A DNA stretch of 64,000 nucleotides from NCBI GenBank assembly GCA_964016885.1, contig OZ024747.1, positions 80,290,001-80,354,000 of the forward strand. Reading direction: 5' to 3'. Source of the stretch: Eledone cirrhosa. Taxonomy: Eukaryota. Within the stretch, counting starts at the first letter, position 1. Each line of letters begins with the position of its first letter. Below are positions 11,040-25,369 of this stretch, piece after piece. The notes beneath the pieces are model-generated. The model had not been told where the DNA came from and ran no database searches. It was given only the letters and a program-made list of their open reading frames with translations. A program made the position numbers and the translations under genes.

Positions 11040-11390
11040 CTTCGTCCACTTAGTCTTGAGAGGGTCGTAGGTGCAGATACTTCAAACACTCCTTCCAGTG
11101 GCTCCTCTGAGAAGCAGCCCTCTCCAACGGATCCGGCTAGATCTCCAAGCGAGACCAGCCAAGCTCATGGATGTTATCCAACAATCCTGATCAGTGTCTA
11201 GCCCTGAGCCCTTGGTCTCCTGCCAGTTCATTTTGCCAGTAAAATCTGTTCAGCGATTTTTTCCTCAGACATGCTAACCAAATGCTCATAGTATCAGAGC
11301 AGTGATCTCTCAATTCAGAGAAATAGCGGCTCTATCTGGAGTGACATTCTGATCTCCGAGCCGCGTACTCTATCGAGTAACGTTACTCCA
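11040..11390 (-). pseudogene. Degenerate RTE-clade LINE 3' fragment
   Basis: Minus strand translates GVTLLDRVRGSEIRMSLQIEPLFL*IERSLL*YYEHLVSM...TGRRPR, a decayed RTE C-terminal motif set. Confidence 0.65.
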
Positions 11391-12055
11391 AAGACACACA
11401 CACTACAAAGAAACACATATATGATGGGCTTATATACCCATTCGCTCTTTGGATTAAGCATGAAAAGCAAAGTTGATGTTGGTAGGATTTGAAACCAGAG
11501 ATGTTTAAGTTAGTAACAAAAATCTGCGATGAATTTCATCCAACGCAGTAACGATTCTAATAATAATAATTATGGTACCGATACTGATATAAAATAATAT
11601 AACGTGAACAATGCAGACAATGTAAAACAAATAATTTAGAAAATCCAGGATTAAAATGTGCCAAATAGAAAGAAAAAGGAAAGAAAAAGAGAAATAAGAA
11701 AGCGTAAAAAAACGAAAGTATTTAAGAAAAAGCAACATGTTCTTTCTTGTTGTTTGCTGAATGAACAATTTTGTTCATGTAAAAATTGGTTGAAATAATT
11801 GGAAAGCGTAGACATACCGAATAGATCAAATTAATTGTAGAATCCAATTCAACCTCTGTTTTCCACTTCCAGCATCGCATACACGCACATATACACGCAC
11901 ATATACACGCACACATACACGCACACAGACACGCACACAGACACGCACACACCTCAAACAAACACAACACATATACACACATAATACATATATGCATGTA
12001 TGCATGCACACATACAAACGTATACTGGATCCACATTACAACACGCACATGTATA

Positions 12056-12140
<85 letters not shown>

Positions 12141-12167
12141 ACATCTATATATGAACATATATATATG

Positions 12168-12200
<33 letters not shown>

Positions 12201-12315
12201 GTGAATATATATATATGTATATGTGTATAATATATATATATAAAATATATGAATATATATAAATACACACCCACACACACATATATATATATATGAATAT
12301 ATATATGCATATATA

Positions 12316-12418
<103 letters not shown>

Positions 12419-13446
12419 TATATACGATATATATATATACATATACATATATATATGAACATACGTATATGTATATATATATATATGAATATACGTATGT
12501 TCATATATATATGTATATATATATATATATATATACTGTTACTCACACATTTATAGAAACACTCATATACATATACACACAGGCGTACTCACATACTTAC
12601 ATACTTTTATTCACACGCCTTGTCTCTCTCCTTCTCTCTGACGTACAAACCTTCATAAGATGTAGAATGTGTGACGAAAGTCTGTTCTATGGTAATTCTT
12701 TCAAAAAACGTTTTCCCTTCAATAAATTCAAGAGTTGAATTTAGCACGCAAATACACAACTGTTCTTCAGTATATGTTGGTATGGTGGAGGAAAGATGGA
12801 GGAAGATAGACAATTGAAAGATAAAGGAAATGGCGGACGAAAAAAAAAAAAATATAGGAAACAAAAGAACGATAATAAACAAATAAACAGACGATAAAAA
12901 AAATCAATTTATAATAAAATTTATAATAAAAGTTAATGATGTAATTGATGATGCTGATAATGATGCTGATGTTGATGAGGCTGATGATGTTAATGACGAT
13001 AATGATGATAATGATGATAATGATGAGAACAATAATGATGTGATTAAAAAAAAATAATGCGATAATGATAATGATGTTGATGATGATGATGATAAAGAGA
13101 TGGTTAAGGATTAAGAAAGCGCAATAATCAACCATAATGATACGCTATGTGTGTTTGTAAGTTTATACATATCTCCGTTTGTAACACCTTCAAATTTACA
13201 CGCACGTACACACATATTGCGTTTTCTATGCAAACGCGCAAATGCGTATAGAAAATTACACACATTAAACACAAACACATCCATGGCGTGTGAATAAATT
13301 GGAATGTTGACGGTGAAAGTGTATGGAAAAGAGAAGAAACAGCGTGGTAAGATATGTAAGAGTTTATATTTTAATGAATATCTATCTCTCTATCTAACTA
13401 TCTATCAAGCTATTGATCTATCTATTTATCTATCTATCTATCAAAA

Positions 13447-15420
13447 CAGACGGGTGCTACTTGAGCCCAAGCGGATGTGCGCGGCCTTTGAGCGGCACTT
13501 TGCGAAACTGTTCGGGCAGAGTGACGGTGCGTCGAACGAGGCAATGGACTTCGGTTCATACCTCGACGGCCTGCCGCGTCTCTCGAGCATGGACGCCGAG
13601 TTCTGCGAAAGACCGATCACAGCCACTGAGATACGGGACGCTCTGCGGGAAACGCAAATCACCCGGTCTAGATGGTCTACCCTATGAGTTTTGCATAGGC
13701 ATGCCGGACTTTTTCTCTGGCGTCCTCGAGGCCGTCTACTGCAACTGGCAGCAGAACGGGAGGATTCCCAGTTCGTCATCCTTGTTCTCGTCTTTCCTGA
13801 TCAGCGTTACTACGCCCCTGCCTGCAGAACTGGGAATCCTCCCGTTCTGCAGGCAGGGGCGTAGTAACGCTGATCAGGAAAGACGAGAACAAGGATGACG
13901 AACTAAGAAACTTCAGGCCCATGATTCTCTGCTCAACACAGAGTTAAAGATTTTGGCCAAGGTGTTGGCAACGAGGTTGGCGCTTGTCGTTGAGAACCTC
14001 CTAGGAAAAGCGCGAACGTGTGCAATCCCAACCAGGTCCATACACGACAATCCCCACCTCATGCGATACATCATAGAGAGGGTGGGGTGTAAACCCGGCT
14101 TTGGTGGGGCTCTGATCAATGTAGATCAATCTAAGGCGTTCGATAGGGTCGACCATCGATACTTGGAAGCGGTTCTCAAGGCGGCCGGTTTCGGACTCGT
14201 CTTCAGAGGCTGGATCGCCGCAATACACATCAACATCTGCTCGATGGTCAAGGTGAACACCTACCTATCGGAGCCGTTCGCAATCACGCGTTCCATCCGA
14301 CAAGGATGCCCTCTCTCCTCCATTCTGTACGTACTGACACTAGAGCCACTACTGCGGAAGCTGGAGCTGCTGCAGGGCATTCCGTTGGAACCGGGACTGC
14401 GGAAAGCGGTAATGGTGTCGGAAGCCTCCGAAATCGGAAGCCGATCGGCAACTTACTGCAGGAATATGAAAGGTTCACAGGAGCAAAACTGAACCCGGAC
14501 AAGTCTGTCGGTTTTCAACACGGAACGTGGAGAGGCAAACCGATGCCGTCCGACAGCGGTCAAATTCCTCGGGGTCTGGTTCGGTCCAGACCTCCAGGTG
14601 GAGAAAAACTGGAACGAGGTCACAGCCAAGGTATTTGCGCTCACCCAGAAATGGGCAGAGTGCAAACTATCCTTGAAAGGTCGAGCGGAGGTGGCGAACA
14701 CTTTCATAGCGTCCGTCATCTACTACCGCTTGACCGTCATGCCTGGTCCCCGTGAACACCTCACCAAGATGGAACGCATGCTCTTCCAGTTGAAACCGTC
14801 TTGCACGCAATTGTACACTGCCCGGGCGTAACCGACCTGTGGAACTATGCAGAACAACTGCTGTCGCGTATGGAACAAATCCAGTTGACTGCCGAGTCCA
14901 TAGTAAGGATCAAACCGCCAGCCTCTTTCAAAAACGAAAGAGAGGCGGTTTTCCTCTGTACGGTGGCTATGGTGAAAGAGGTTATATGGTGAACGAGATT
15001 GAGAGGACTGAGGACAGATGCCTTTCTCTCCGGACAACAATTGATTCCCTTCTTTAAGTATCACTTTAGAAGGAGAATCAGAGTGGAGAGAGAGGCACTG
15101 CACCCCAGTAAATTTACTGAAAGGTGGGTGAATGAAGTGAAAATGGCCCGAGTGATTGGGCCATCTCTGTTTATAAGCCTGTAGGTTAAAGAAGAGAGCA
15201 AAAGGAAGAAAGGAGCACTTGCACAACACGCTCCTGAAGTTGAGGGTTGTTCTATCAATGGGGTATTAAACAACCCATTTGTGACGCTTCCCCCTATTGG
15301 GGATTTCGATTGTTATAATTGTTTGTTTCAATATTTTTACACGACTGTATGTAAAATCCCCGGCATGTGTCTTTGTATTGTCCCCTTTTCTTGTGCGCCC
15401 TTGTGGCAAATAAAAAATCT
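13447..15420 (+). mobile_element. Degenerate 5'-truncated Tx1/L1-like LINE (ORF2 fragments plus 3' UTR) in (CTAT)n
   Basis: KSPGLDGLPYEF, DQSKAFDRVDH, RQGCPLS and LSLKGRAEVAN match the ORF2 at 51033/57102; frameshifts and deletions; ends cccttgtggcaaataaaaaatc then (tatc)n. Confidence 0.9.
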
Positions 15421-15450
15421 ATCTATCTATCTATCTATCTCTCTCTCTCT

Positions 15451-15975
15451 ATCCTTGAAAGGTCGAGTCTTGACTGTCGTGTCTTGTCCCCGTGAACACC
15501 TCGTCAAGATGGAACGCATGCTCTTCCAGTTTCTGTGAAAGAAGCAGGCTCCGCTGGTGAGGAGATCCGTCTACTGTCAGCACCCTTCCAACGGAGGGCT
15601 GGGAATGTCGTGGCTGATGATGCGCAAACATGCGCTGAGGCTGCGGCATCTCCAGGTATTCCTCATCGACCCCCCAACCGGTGTGGGCACCATTTGTGAG
15701 ACAGGCTTTCCTGCAGCTCGTCTCGCTGACGGAGCTGCAGTCCAGGGTCAAGAAAAGACCGAAAACGATGGGCGCCTGGCACATTGAATGCGCCCAGGCG
15801 CTGACAGTCCTCTGGCAAGCGGGCACAGCAATCAGTGAAGACTCCACTTCGACATTCTATAGAAGAATTGTACGTTACAAGAGCGACGACGTGCTCGGAG
15901 AGACTCTGGGCGTCGAAGACGATGACCTCACCAGTCTGTTTGGTAGGACTTTCCGCCCGGGACCTATGGACCATA
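15451..15975 (+). pseudogene. Additional internal ORF2 fragment of the same Tx1-like family
   Basis: RRSVYCQHPSNGGLGM.WLMMR.HALRLRHL and SDDVLGETLGV...FGRTF.PGPMD match the intact ORF2. Confidence 0.85.
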
Positions 15976-16519
15976 TATATATGCGCGCGCGCGCACACAC
16001 ACACACACATACATACACGCACACATACATATATACATACATACATACATATATACATACATATATATATGAAGTAAAATACAGCATGAGTGTTTGCATA
16101 CTTATACAACTCTTCATCTGTAACTCATTAAATATAACACACTTTCTGACAACGCATTTCTCCTCTCGATTGTGTGTTAATACAATAAGTTATAGATTCA
16201 GAATTAAGATTGATTTGACACATCGATGAATAACGAAGCCCCATCACAGTGATGAGCTCAAAATAAATCCATTAATGTATGGTAAATGTGACATGAAGCC
16301 AAGAAAAATCGACAAAGAACGTAAACAGTGTTTAAATGTTGCTGATGGATCACAGACAGACAGAAAAATAATCAAAAAACATTTCGATACCACTGACCTC
16401 ACAAAGGGCCGACGGCTACGCTTTGCTTACATACATTTGCGTATTTTGCAAACTGAATTTAGCCCGTTTTATCATGGAAACATCAGTACAGAGGTTGATA
16501 TGTCTTTGATATAACTGAA

Positions 16520-16680
16520 GAGGCCCCAGTCCTTTGTTTGAGAAGTTTGTAACTAGATTAAATATGTATGGGTTCAGTCCTACTGTGTGGTACGTTGGGA
16601 AACGTTCTTGTATTGCTTTATTTTGTGCAATGCCTTTTAAGTTGAATCTGGTAGACAGAAACTGTGTAGAAGCCCGTCAT
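16520..16680 (+). mobile_element. Degenerate SINE remnant (family 3; related minus remnant at ~43160-43300)
   Basis: gggttcagtcctactgtgtggtacgttggg...ggtagacagaaactgtgtagaagcccgtc resembles a common octopus SINE. Confidence 0.4.
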
Positions 16681-16702
16681 ACACACACAATATATATATA
16701 TG

Positions 16703-17101
<399 letters not shown>

Positions 17102-17111
17102 ATATATATAT

Positions 17112-17241
17112 AAAGCAGCGATTCTTTGCTTAAACTTTAATATGTTATTTTAATAAATATTTGCTTTAGGGTTCCTATATATTTGATATATTCGATATTA
17201 TCGAGCCCTCTTTGTATTTTAGTCTTCACAATTATTATTAT

Positions 17242-17246
<5 letters not shown>
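17112..17246 (+). mobile_element. 3' end of mini-PLE family D in (TA)n
   Basis: Homologous to the reverse complement of 28044-28180. Confidence 0.6.
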
Positions 17247-17278
<32 letters not shown>

Positions 17279-17899
17279 TGCGTACGCGCACATATATGTC
17301 TCTTAAATATAATTGTTTGATATATAGTGAATCTTTTCTTCGATAAACGTATGTATATATACAGACAGGACTGTATGTGTGTATATACACATATGATTGT
17401 GTGTGAATTTGTGTATTCGTGCAATATTGAGAGGTGTTTGCTGTTTATAACAAGCTATCTTATTATTGCCTAATGGCTTGAAACGAATAACCTTTAATCC
17501 GGAAGCAAAGGACATGAATGTAAGAACGAGAGAAACGAGTGCGTGAGAAAGATATTGTGATGGTAGGACAGAGGGACAAAGAAAGTAGAAGATTGAGGGA
17601 GAGAGAGATGGAAAGAGACTAAATGAGATATGAGAGATTAATAGTCATATACTAATTAGGGGAGCGGTAAGGAGGATGACTAATATACGTGCGAAGAGGT
17701 AATGATAGAAAGACTATTAGTTTAAAACATACGTCAATATTTTCAAACGCGCTCAAATTTATAATTACAGGCGCTATTAGTTTTTACTGATTTCTTCTTT
17801 CGTATTGAACTAATTTTCGCCACCACCTTCACTACCGCTACCACACCCACCACCACCACCACTACTACTATTATTATATTATATATATTTATATGTGTG

Positions 17900-18200
17900 A
17901 AGGTACATGGCTTAGTGGTTAGAGCACTGGGCTGACAATCGAGAAGTTGTGAGTTCGATTCTCGGACCGGGTGATGCGCTGTGTCCTTGAGGAAGACATT
18001 TTATTTCGCCTTGCTCCAGTTTACTCAGCTATAAAAATGAGTAGCGACGTCACAAACTCTATTGGTCATTGCCCCTTCGTTGAACAACATCGGTGCCGTG
18101 GAGAAGGGAGACTGGTATACATGGGCGATTGCTGGTCTTCCACAAACAACCTCGCCCAGACTTGTGCCTCGGAGGGGAACTTTCTGGGTGCAAATCTCTA
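17900..18200 (+). mobile_element. tRNA-derived SINE (family 2)
   Basis: A box tggcttagtgg, B box gagttcgattc, conserved body gtgtccttgag.aagaca...tgctccagt..actcagct; related minus copies at 25370 and 38066. Confidence 0.8.
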
Positions 18201-18599
18201 TATATATATATAATGTACCTAACGGGAAAAAGTTGACTCTGTTGGCTGAGAATTTCTTTGAAAATAATAATCTATATAATCTACCACAACAAGGGCATCT
18301 GCTCTTGGAATCTGATCGACGGCTTGCCAGCTTCGCACAGGTACTCCCACCTCACTTGTTTTTCTCACTTTCTTCACTGATATTTTGTCCAACTACCACA
18401 CCTCACACTAACTACTAAGCATAGTCTTTCTTCTTACAATACTGTCCTTCAGAAATAGTTTTCCTGAACGTGTCTTTGATACATACTTATACATACACAG
18501 ACTATATAAATATATACCTACATATATGTGCATACACAAACATACATGTATGTACACGCACACACACCTATTTATTCTACCTCCATTGATGCTTCTCCC

Positions 18600-18680
<81 letters not shown>

Positions 18681-19008
18681 ATGTGAGTGCGTGCGTATGC
18701 GTGTGTGTGTGTGTATTTTCTCTCTGTATATTTGTCTCTCTTCTATGTATTATTTATTTGAAGTATATAAACTTCTGAGGAGCTAGTAACCAACAATAGA
18801 CTGAAAAGTATCTAATATTCTGCAGAATTAGGAAACGGATATGAGAAAATCAGAGAGAATAAATGTCTAGGCAACAATAATGTGTGTATATATATATATA
18901 TATACGAGAGACATATTATCTATCTATCACTTTACCTAAACACACACACACACACATACATATATATATACACTTATATGTGTGTATATATATATACACA
19001 CACTTATA

Positions 19009-19057
<49 letters not shown>

Positions 19058-21002
19058 TATGTGTACATATACACGTAGAAACATGTATTCTTCATAGACT
19101 CTTAATTATATTGCTTAGTGTATCATGTTCAATAAACAGTCTTCAAAATTTGCTTCGAGGTTCGATGTTGTATTTGAATGGTCTCAGCCGCTGGCGAGTT
19201 GAAATTTCCTCACAATGTTTAGTTACCGTTCAAATAGATTATGATAATGATTTCACGTTTTAAACGCAAGACTTCGTTTTCATAACGATTATTTTTTTAT
19301 GCATCCATCTAGCCTCAAATAGATTACCTGTCTAAATATTGTATCCACAATCTTAGAGTATGCAAATGTATAGTCGTTTATGAATGATTAGGTTACATTT
19401 CAACAACTACTTGATATATATTTATATCTTGTAACACTTGCAGCTATCTCTGTTTTGCCCGTAGTTAAACCGACGCAGCCATCTTTAGTATCAGTAATAG
19501 TAACATTATCATTATTACTAGTTGTAAATATAGTATTACTAGTACTACTATCAATAATGATGATTTCTAATATAAGCACAACGTCACACACACACACACG
19601 ATTTTGGAGGAAGCTTATAGTCGATAGGCAAAGTTAATCCCGACAGGTTTTTAACTACGACCAACAAGGACAACAAGAATATTATATAAAATTATAGCAC
19701 CATGTAGGGGGGAAAATCAATTATATCGTACCAAGGGAAAGACAACTCTTGTAGAATTTAAACAGCATAACCGACAATGAAGCAATCTTTTACAAGCTTC
19801 TTAAATACATTCCTTTTTTTTTTCAAGAATACAATATCCCTACTTTTTATATCACTAAATTATACCTCATTGAAGGAGTAATATTTATAGATAGGCCGAG
19901 TGAGACATAGTGTTAAGTATTTTTGTTAAAATCAGAGTTGCGCAAGCTAGCCCAACGAAGAAGCCTCTTTGAAGTCGATCGCCCTGTTAGAAATAATAGG
20001 CAAATATTTCACAAATTGCACACACTATCGTATTAAATAAGGATAGTCATCGTTGATACACTGATTAAAAATCAACTCGAGGGTCACAGCGAGAACACCT
20101 TTCATTATAGATCACCTCGACCAAGTATGACTTGAGGCTAAACAAAAATAACAATCCCGTATTGGTGACTAATTTCGAGCAATCTGTTCTTTTCTATACA
20201 GATAGTAGTTCTAACAACGACACCTTCTCCTCCTCTGTGTCTTATCAAAACGTAACGCTGGTCTTGATCCTAGTCAAGAAAAACCATTATTGATGCATCT
20301 TAGATATCAGATAATTATTTAGATTATCATGAGATATTACAGAATGGAAGTAATATTGACTTGGAAAAAAAAGCCAAATAAAAAACAATCAAATAAACAA
20401 ACATGTCAAAAGGAAAAAAAATGGAAGAATAAACTTCTATAAATGTTCTATTAATACTGAGAATGGTTATTTTCTTACCAAAGATGGTAACATTGATTCT
20501 ACTGAAGATAAAGTCAATATGAATTACAGCTCTCATATATTTAGTTCACGGTGGAAGACGACACCTACTTGAAGTGAATCTAATGTATACAGATAGAGTT
20601 GCTGACATTTTGTTATTTTGACTCGAGTTTATTATAACGTATATTTATTTATTGGCTCAGAGATGTTAGCTATTGGATAATAGCAACATTTACTCAACCG
20701 ACGTCTTAGAAGATTTTATAACTTCCACACACAACAAACTATATTGTGTACGTATCTATTATATGTAAGTGTGTATGTGTATATTAGTGCATATATATTC
20801 ATTCACGCCTGTGTTAGAAAAGTGGATTTGGATTGTTTGAGATGAGATTTTCTAAGAAAGACGAGTCAGCTAAGTTTAATATACTTGGCTGATGATCAAG
20901 TTTGAAAATTCAAAAATTTTAAGATTGGTTAAAATTAAGAAAAAATATTCTTTTTCAATATATTTCTTTGAAATATTTAGCTTAAGAAAAGTGAATTTAA
21001 AT

Positions 21003-21400
21003 TTAGGCACACAACCAACAATTTGTGGTGAGGAGAAGTCAATTACATTGATTCCAGTACGTGAATTGTACTTCATTTTATAAACCCCTGAAGGATGAAA
21101 GGTAAATTAATCTTGGTGGGATTTGAACTAGAAATTAAGAGTCGAAACAAATACTGTTAGGTATTTCGTCTAACGCTCTAACCACTCTGCGAACCCACCG
21201 GCCTGAAAGGGAATTTAATAACTGTTTCTACTTTTGGCACAAGGCCATAAATTATCCCAGTGCATTACTGGTACTTTATTTTATCGACCCCGTAAGGATG
21301 AAAGGCAAAGTTAACCACAGCGGGATTTGAACTCAGACTGTAAAGGGACGTAACTATGCTAGAAAGCATGGCGTCCAACCCTCTACCGACACTGCCAATG
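21003..21400 (-). mobile_element. Two tandem family-1 SINE copies (first one degenerate)
   Basis: Same core as 4711-5105. Confidence 0.75.
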
Positions 21401-21519
21401 ACATGAGATATTTTGAGCAACTCAGGCAGAACACTTATCAAAAGGGACGTTATCCGAAAGTACTGGTTTATCTGTTTACATGTCACCAATATACATCTTC
21501 GAAAGATACGGGCATGTAC

Positions 21520-21688
<169 letters not shown>

Positions 21689-21973
21689 CACATACAAACA
21701 TACTTGTCGAGTGTCCGCACAGTTTTCGTTTCCTATATTCTACTGACATGGTGTAGGTCAATCTGAAGCTAATTTAGAAACCCTCACCGAAAATATCAGG
21801 AATCAAAGCTGTTGCCAAGTGAAACTTTTAACATACAACATAATATATTACTCTAATATATTGTGTGTTGATTGCATCTACTACATATCCTCGTTACAGT
21901 ACTTGTGCTGTGTGTAAGTAAGAACTATTTCTATTATGTTTTCTACTAGTTTCTGTGTGTATTATTGTATAAA

Positions 21974-22420
21974 GGGCGGTGGATTGGCAGTATCGGTAGA
22001 GGGCCGGACGCCATGCTTTGCAGCATAGAGTTACGGCGCTTTATGATCTGAGCTCAAATCCCGCCGAGGTTAACTTTGCCTTTCATCCTTATGGGATCGA
22101 TAAAATAAAGTACCAGTCACGCACTGGGGTCGATTTAATCGACTTTCCCCTCCCCCCAAATTACTGGCCTTGTGCCTGTATAAGAAACCATTATTGTATA
22201 AAGGGCGGTGGATTGGCTGTATCGGTAGAGGGTCGGACACCATGCTTAACGTGGCACAGAGTTATGTCTCTTTACGTTATCAGTTCAAATCCCGCCGAGG
22301 TTAGCTTTGCCTTTCATCTTTACGGGGTCGATATTATAAAGCACCAGTAATGCAATGGGGTCGATTTAATCGGCTTTCCATTCCCCCCAAATTGTTGGCC
22401 TTGTGGCTAAATCAGAAACC
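21974..22420 (+). mobile_element. Two tandem near-full-length family-1 SINE copies
   Basis: Both start ggcggtggattggc.gtatcggtagaggg; attattgtataaa precedes both. Confidence 0.85.
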
Positions 22421-23199
22421 ATTTTTGATATGTATATTTGATTTTACTTATTTGGCTTTTGTTATTGTTTTGTGCTCACCTTTGTGACTGTATGTATGTA
22501 GGTGGATACGTATGTGTACATGGTGCGCATGCGTGTTGGGGGGGGGGGGGGTACTGAAAAAGAAGATAGTATGTTGTAAATTTGTGAAATTTATTTTAGA
22601 TTCATATATTTTGCATTTTGTGGAAACGTCTCTAAGAAATGCATGGCACATGACAAGACACTACTTTAAATAATTGATAATCTATTTTTTTGTAAAGTAT
22701 TTTATTTTCGATAACTTTGACGGTTCTATTATTATAAAGATCAACATTTTCCCATGTTTGATTTCTTTGCAGCATCTATCTGAAGATATGTTCAATTTTC
22801 CAGTCCTTTTTTAAAATACGACATGAAAAAGCAGCACTAAAAACAAAATGCATATATTAAAACAAATCTTTCTGTAGCAAGTAATCGAACAAACTAGATA
22901 AGCCTGAAAGGAACAGAGAAAAATTTCTGTTGTGGACCTGCAGTTTGCAGATATGTATCTTAGTATCAAAGGCTTCATATTTGATAATGAAAAAACCCCA
23001 TCTTAAACAGATGTGGAAATCACATGATATATATTTGAAGATTTTGATGAACAAAATGATTTAGCACTCGTTCATCAGATACTTATGTCTTTGATTATTC
23101 CCAGTTTAACCTTCATCGTGCAGATCTATGTATAGTCAAAGAGATTTCAGCCTGGACCATCCCGACTTTTTAGAGTCATTTACAACAACATTATTTATA

Positions 23200-23558
23200 G
23201 CAGTATCAGTAGAGGGTCGGATGCCATGCTTTGTAGCATAGAGTTACGCCATTTTACGGTCTGAGTTCAAATCCCACCGAAGTTAACTTTGCCTTTCAAC
23301 CTTATGGGGTCAATAAAATAAAGTACCAGTAATGCACTGGGATAATTGCTGGCCTTGTGCCAAAAGTAGAAACAATTTAGTATTGATAGTAGAACGTCAG
23401 ACACCATGCTTTGTAGCATAGAGTTACGCCCTTTGACAGTCTGAGTTCAAATCCCGCCGAGGTTAACTTTGCCTTTCATCCTTATGGGGTCGATAAAATA
23501 AAGTACCAGTAATTCACTGAGATAATTGCTGGCCTTGTGCCAAAAGTAAAGACAATTA
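23200..23558 (+). mobile_element. Two tandem family-1 SINE copies
   Basis: Core and 3' end ggccttgtgccaaaagta.a.acaatt present twice. Confidence 0.8.
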
Positions 23559-23845
23559 TTTATTGTTCTCTTTTTATGGCTGGAGGGTGAAACTTGAAGG
23601 AGAATTGGGGACAATATCGTATCTGCCTTCGTGACACAGATATCTAGTAAATGTTACAGTTAGATCGCTGGATATCACTACTCCCATCTTCTCAACAACA
23701 CTGCATGTGAAAGCCACTAATTCGGAATCAATTCTCATTATCTGCTCAATTTATTTTATTACTCCTTTTAACTTTTGTGAAACACTTACATTTCAATATC
23801 AATTATGATACATATACAACACGAACCAAGACTGGAATGATAATT

Positions 23846-23846
<1 letters not shown>

Positions 23847-23916
<70 letters not shown>

Positions 23917-23966
23917 GTAGTAGTAGTAGTAGGAGGAGGAGGAGAAGGAAGAAGAAGAGGAGGAGG
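23847..23966. repeat. (GTA)n then (GGA/GAA)n microsatellite
   Basis: Direct observation. Confidence 0.9.
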
Positions 23967-24091
23967 ACAAAAATAAAGGCTAGAAGGGAAAAATGGTTTT
24001 GAATTTAATCTGTAAATGTTTAGCCTTTATTTCAATGAAGTCGATGAGGTGTAATAACTAAACAAACGGAATGATGTAAGTTATCATAATA

Positions 24092-24360
24092 ATTGTTTAT
24101 ACATTTGGCGCAAGACGAGCAATATGGGTGAATATAGATTAAATTGACTCCAGTGTGTCACTGGTACTTTATTTTATCGACCCCGTAAGGATGAAGGGAA
24201 AATATAACCATGTCAGAATTTGAACAATAGTTATCTTTACTTTTCGCACAAGGCCAGCAAATTGAAGGAAGGGGAAAAGTCGATTAAATCAATCTCAGTG
24301 CGTTACTGGTACATTATTTTATCGAACCTGTAAATATGAAAAGCAAAATCGACTTTGGGA
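24092..24360 (-). mobile_element. Two partial family-1 SINE copies
   Basis: actggtact..attttatcga.cc.gtaa..atgaa present twice. Confidence 0.65.
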
Positions 24361-24410
24361 AGACACGATTTCGAATAAAACCCAAAAAGAATTACTATAA
24401 TTATTAATAA

Positions 24411-24999
24411 CTAGCAGTGGTACCCGGCGTTGCACGGGATAAGGTATTTTGGAACACGGGCCGCCAACAGACCTAATCGTGGAGAATCTGCATGCCTGGA
24501 CAATATGTAAAGAAAATAAACCGAATACTCTGAAGGCTGGATAATATTTAAGATTTTCCTCAATGAAGCAGGAAAAATGCAGGTTTTCACCTAATGCGGG
24601 CCCTAGGGGATCAAGAAAATAAATTTTTTTTATCTGCATTTCAGGAAAATCGGCTAGACGTAACGCCTCCAAAAAGCCCTAAAAAGCTGAAAAAAAATGA
24701 AGTTTTTCACCTAATGCGGGCCCTAGGCCATAAAAAAGTTGGATGTTCTTTGTTCATGGTATGAAGAAGAGACTGACTAATACATAGTTACAATTTCAAG
24801 GAAATCTGTCTGACATAACGCCTCAAAGAAACCCTAAAAAGCTTAAAAAAACGCAGTTTTTCACCTAATATCAAAAAGTTGAATTTTTTAATATGCATAA
24901 CACTCCATGAAACATAAGTAATACACATGTAAAGTTTGAAAAAAATCGGTTGGGTACTTCTCGAGTTTTAGGGATTCAAACTCACAGACACACACACAG

Positions 25000-25030
<31 letters not shown>

Positions 25031-25349
25031 TATATCCTCAGGGAAGTGACGTAATGCAGACATCCAGACATACAGACAGATATTATAAGGGTGCGACGTT
25101 ATATGTATGTATCTATTTAAAAAGAGAAAGACTAAGAATTATAGAGAGAGATCGCTAAATCGCCTAATGCGGTCCCTAGGGCATTAAAAATTTGAAATTG
25201 TTTTTGCTCAGAACACTTCCTGAAACATAAGTATTACATGTGTAAAGTTTGAAAACAGTCGGTTGGGTGCTTCTCGAGTTTTAGGGATTAAAACGCACGC
25301 ACACACACACACACACACACAGACATCCTCAGTTTTATATATATATAGA
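24411..25349 (-). mobile_element. Non-autonomous Helitron
   Basis: Minus strand starts A|TC(tatatata...) at 25349 and ends cccgtgcaacgccggg hairpin (24423-24438) then CTAG|T at 24411; internal subrepeats cctaatgcgg.ccctagg and (CA)n. Confidence 0.85.
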
Positions 25350-25369
25350 TGATATATGTGTGTGTTGGA

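Noticed and set aside
17900-17975. tRNA gene (A and B boxes present)
   Set aside because: No complete cloverleaf; it continues into a repeated SINE body, so it is a SINE head.
24580-25185. CRISPR-like spaced repeats (cctaatgcgggccctagg)
   Set aside because: Eukaryotic context, irregular spacing, related spacers and no cas genes; these are Helitron internal subrepeats.
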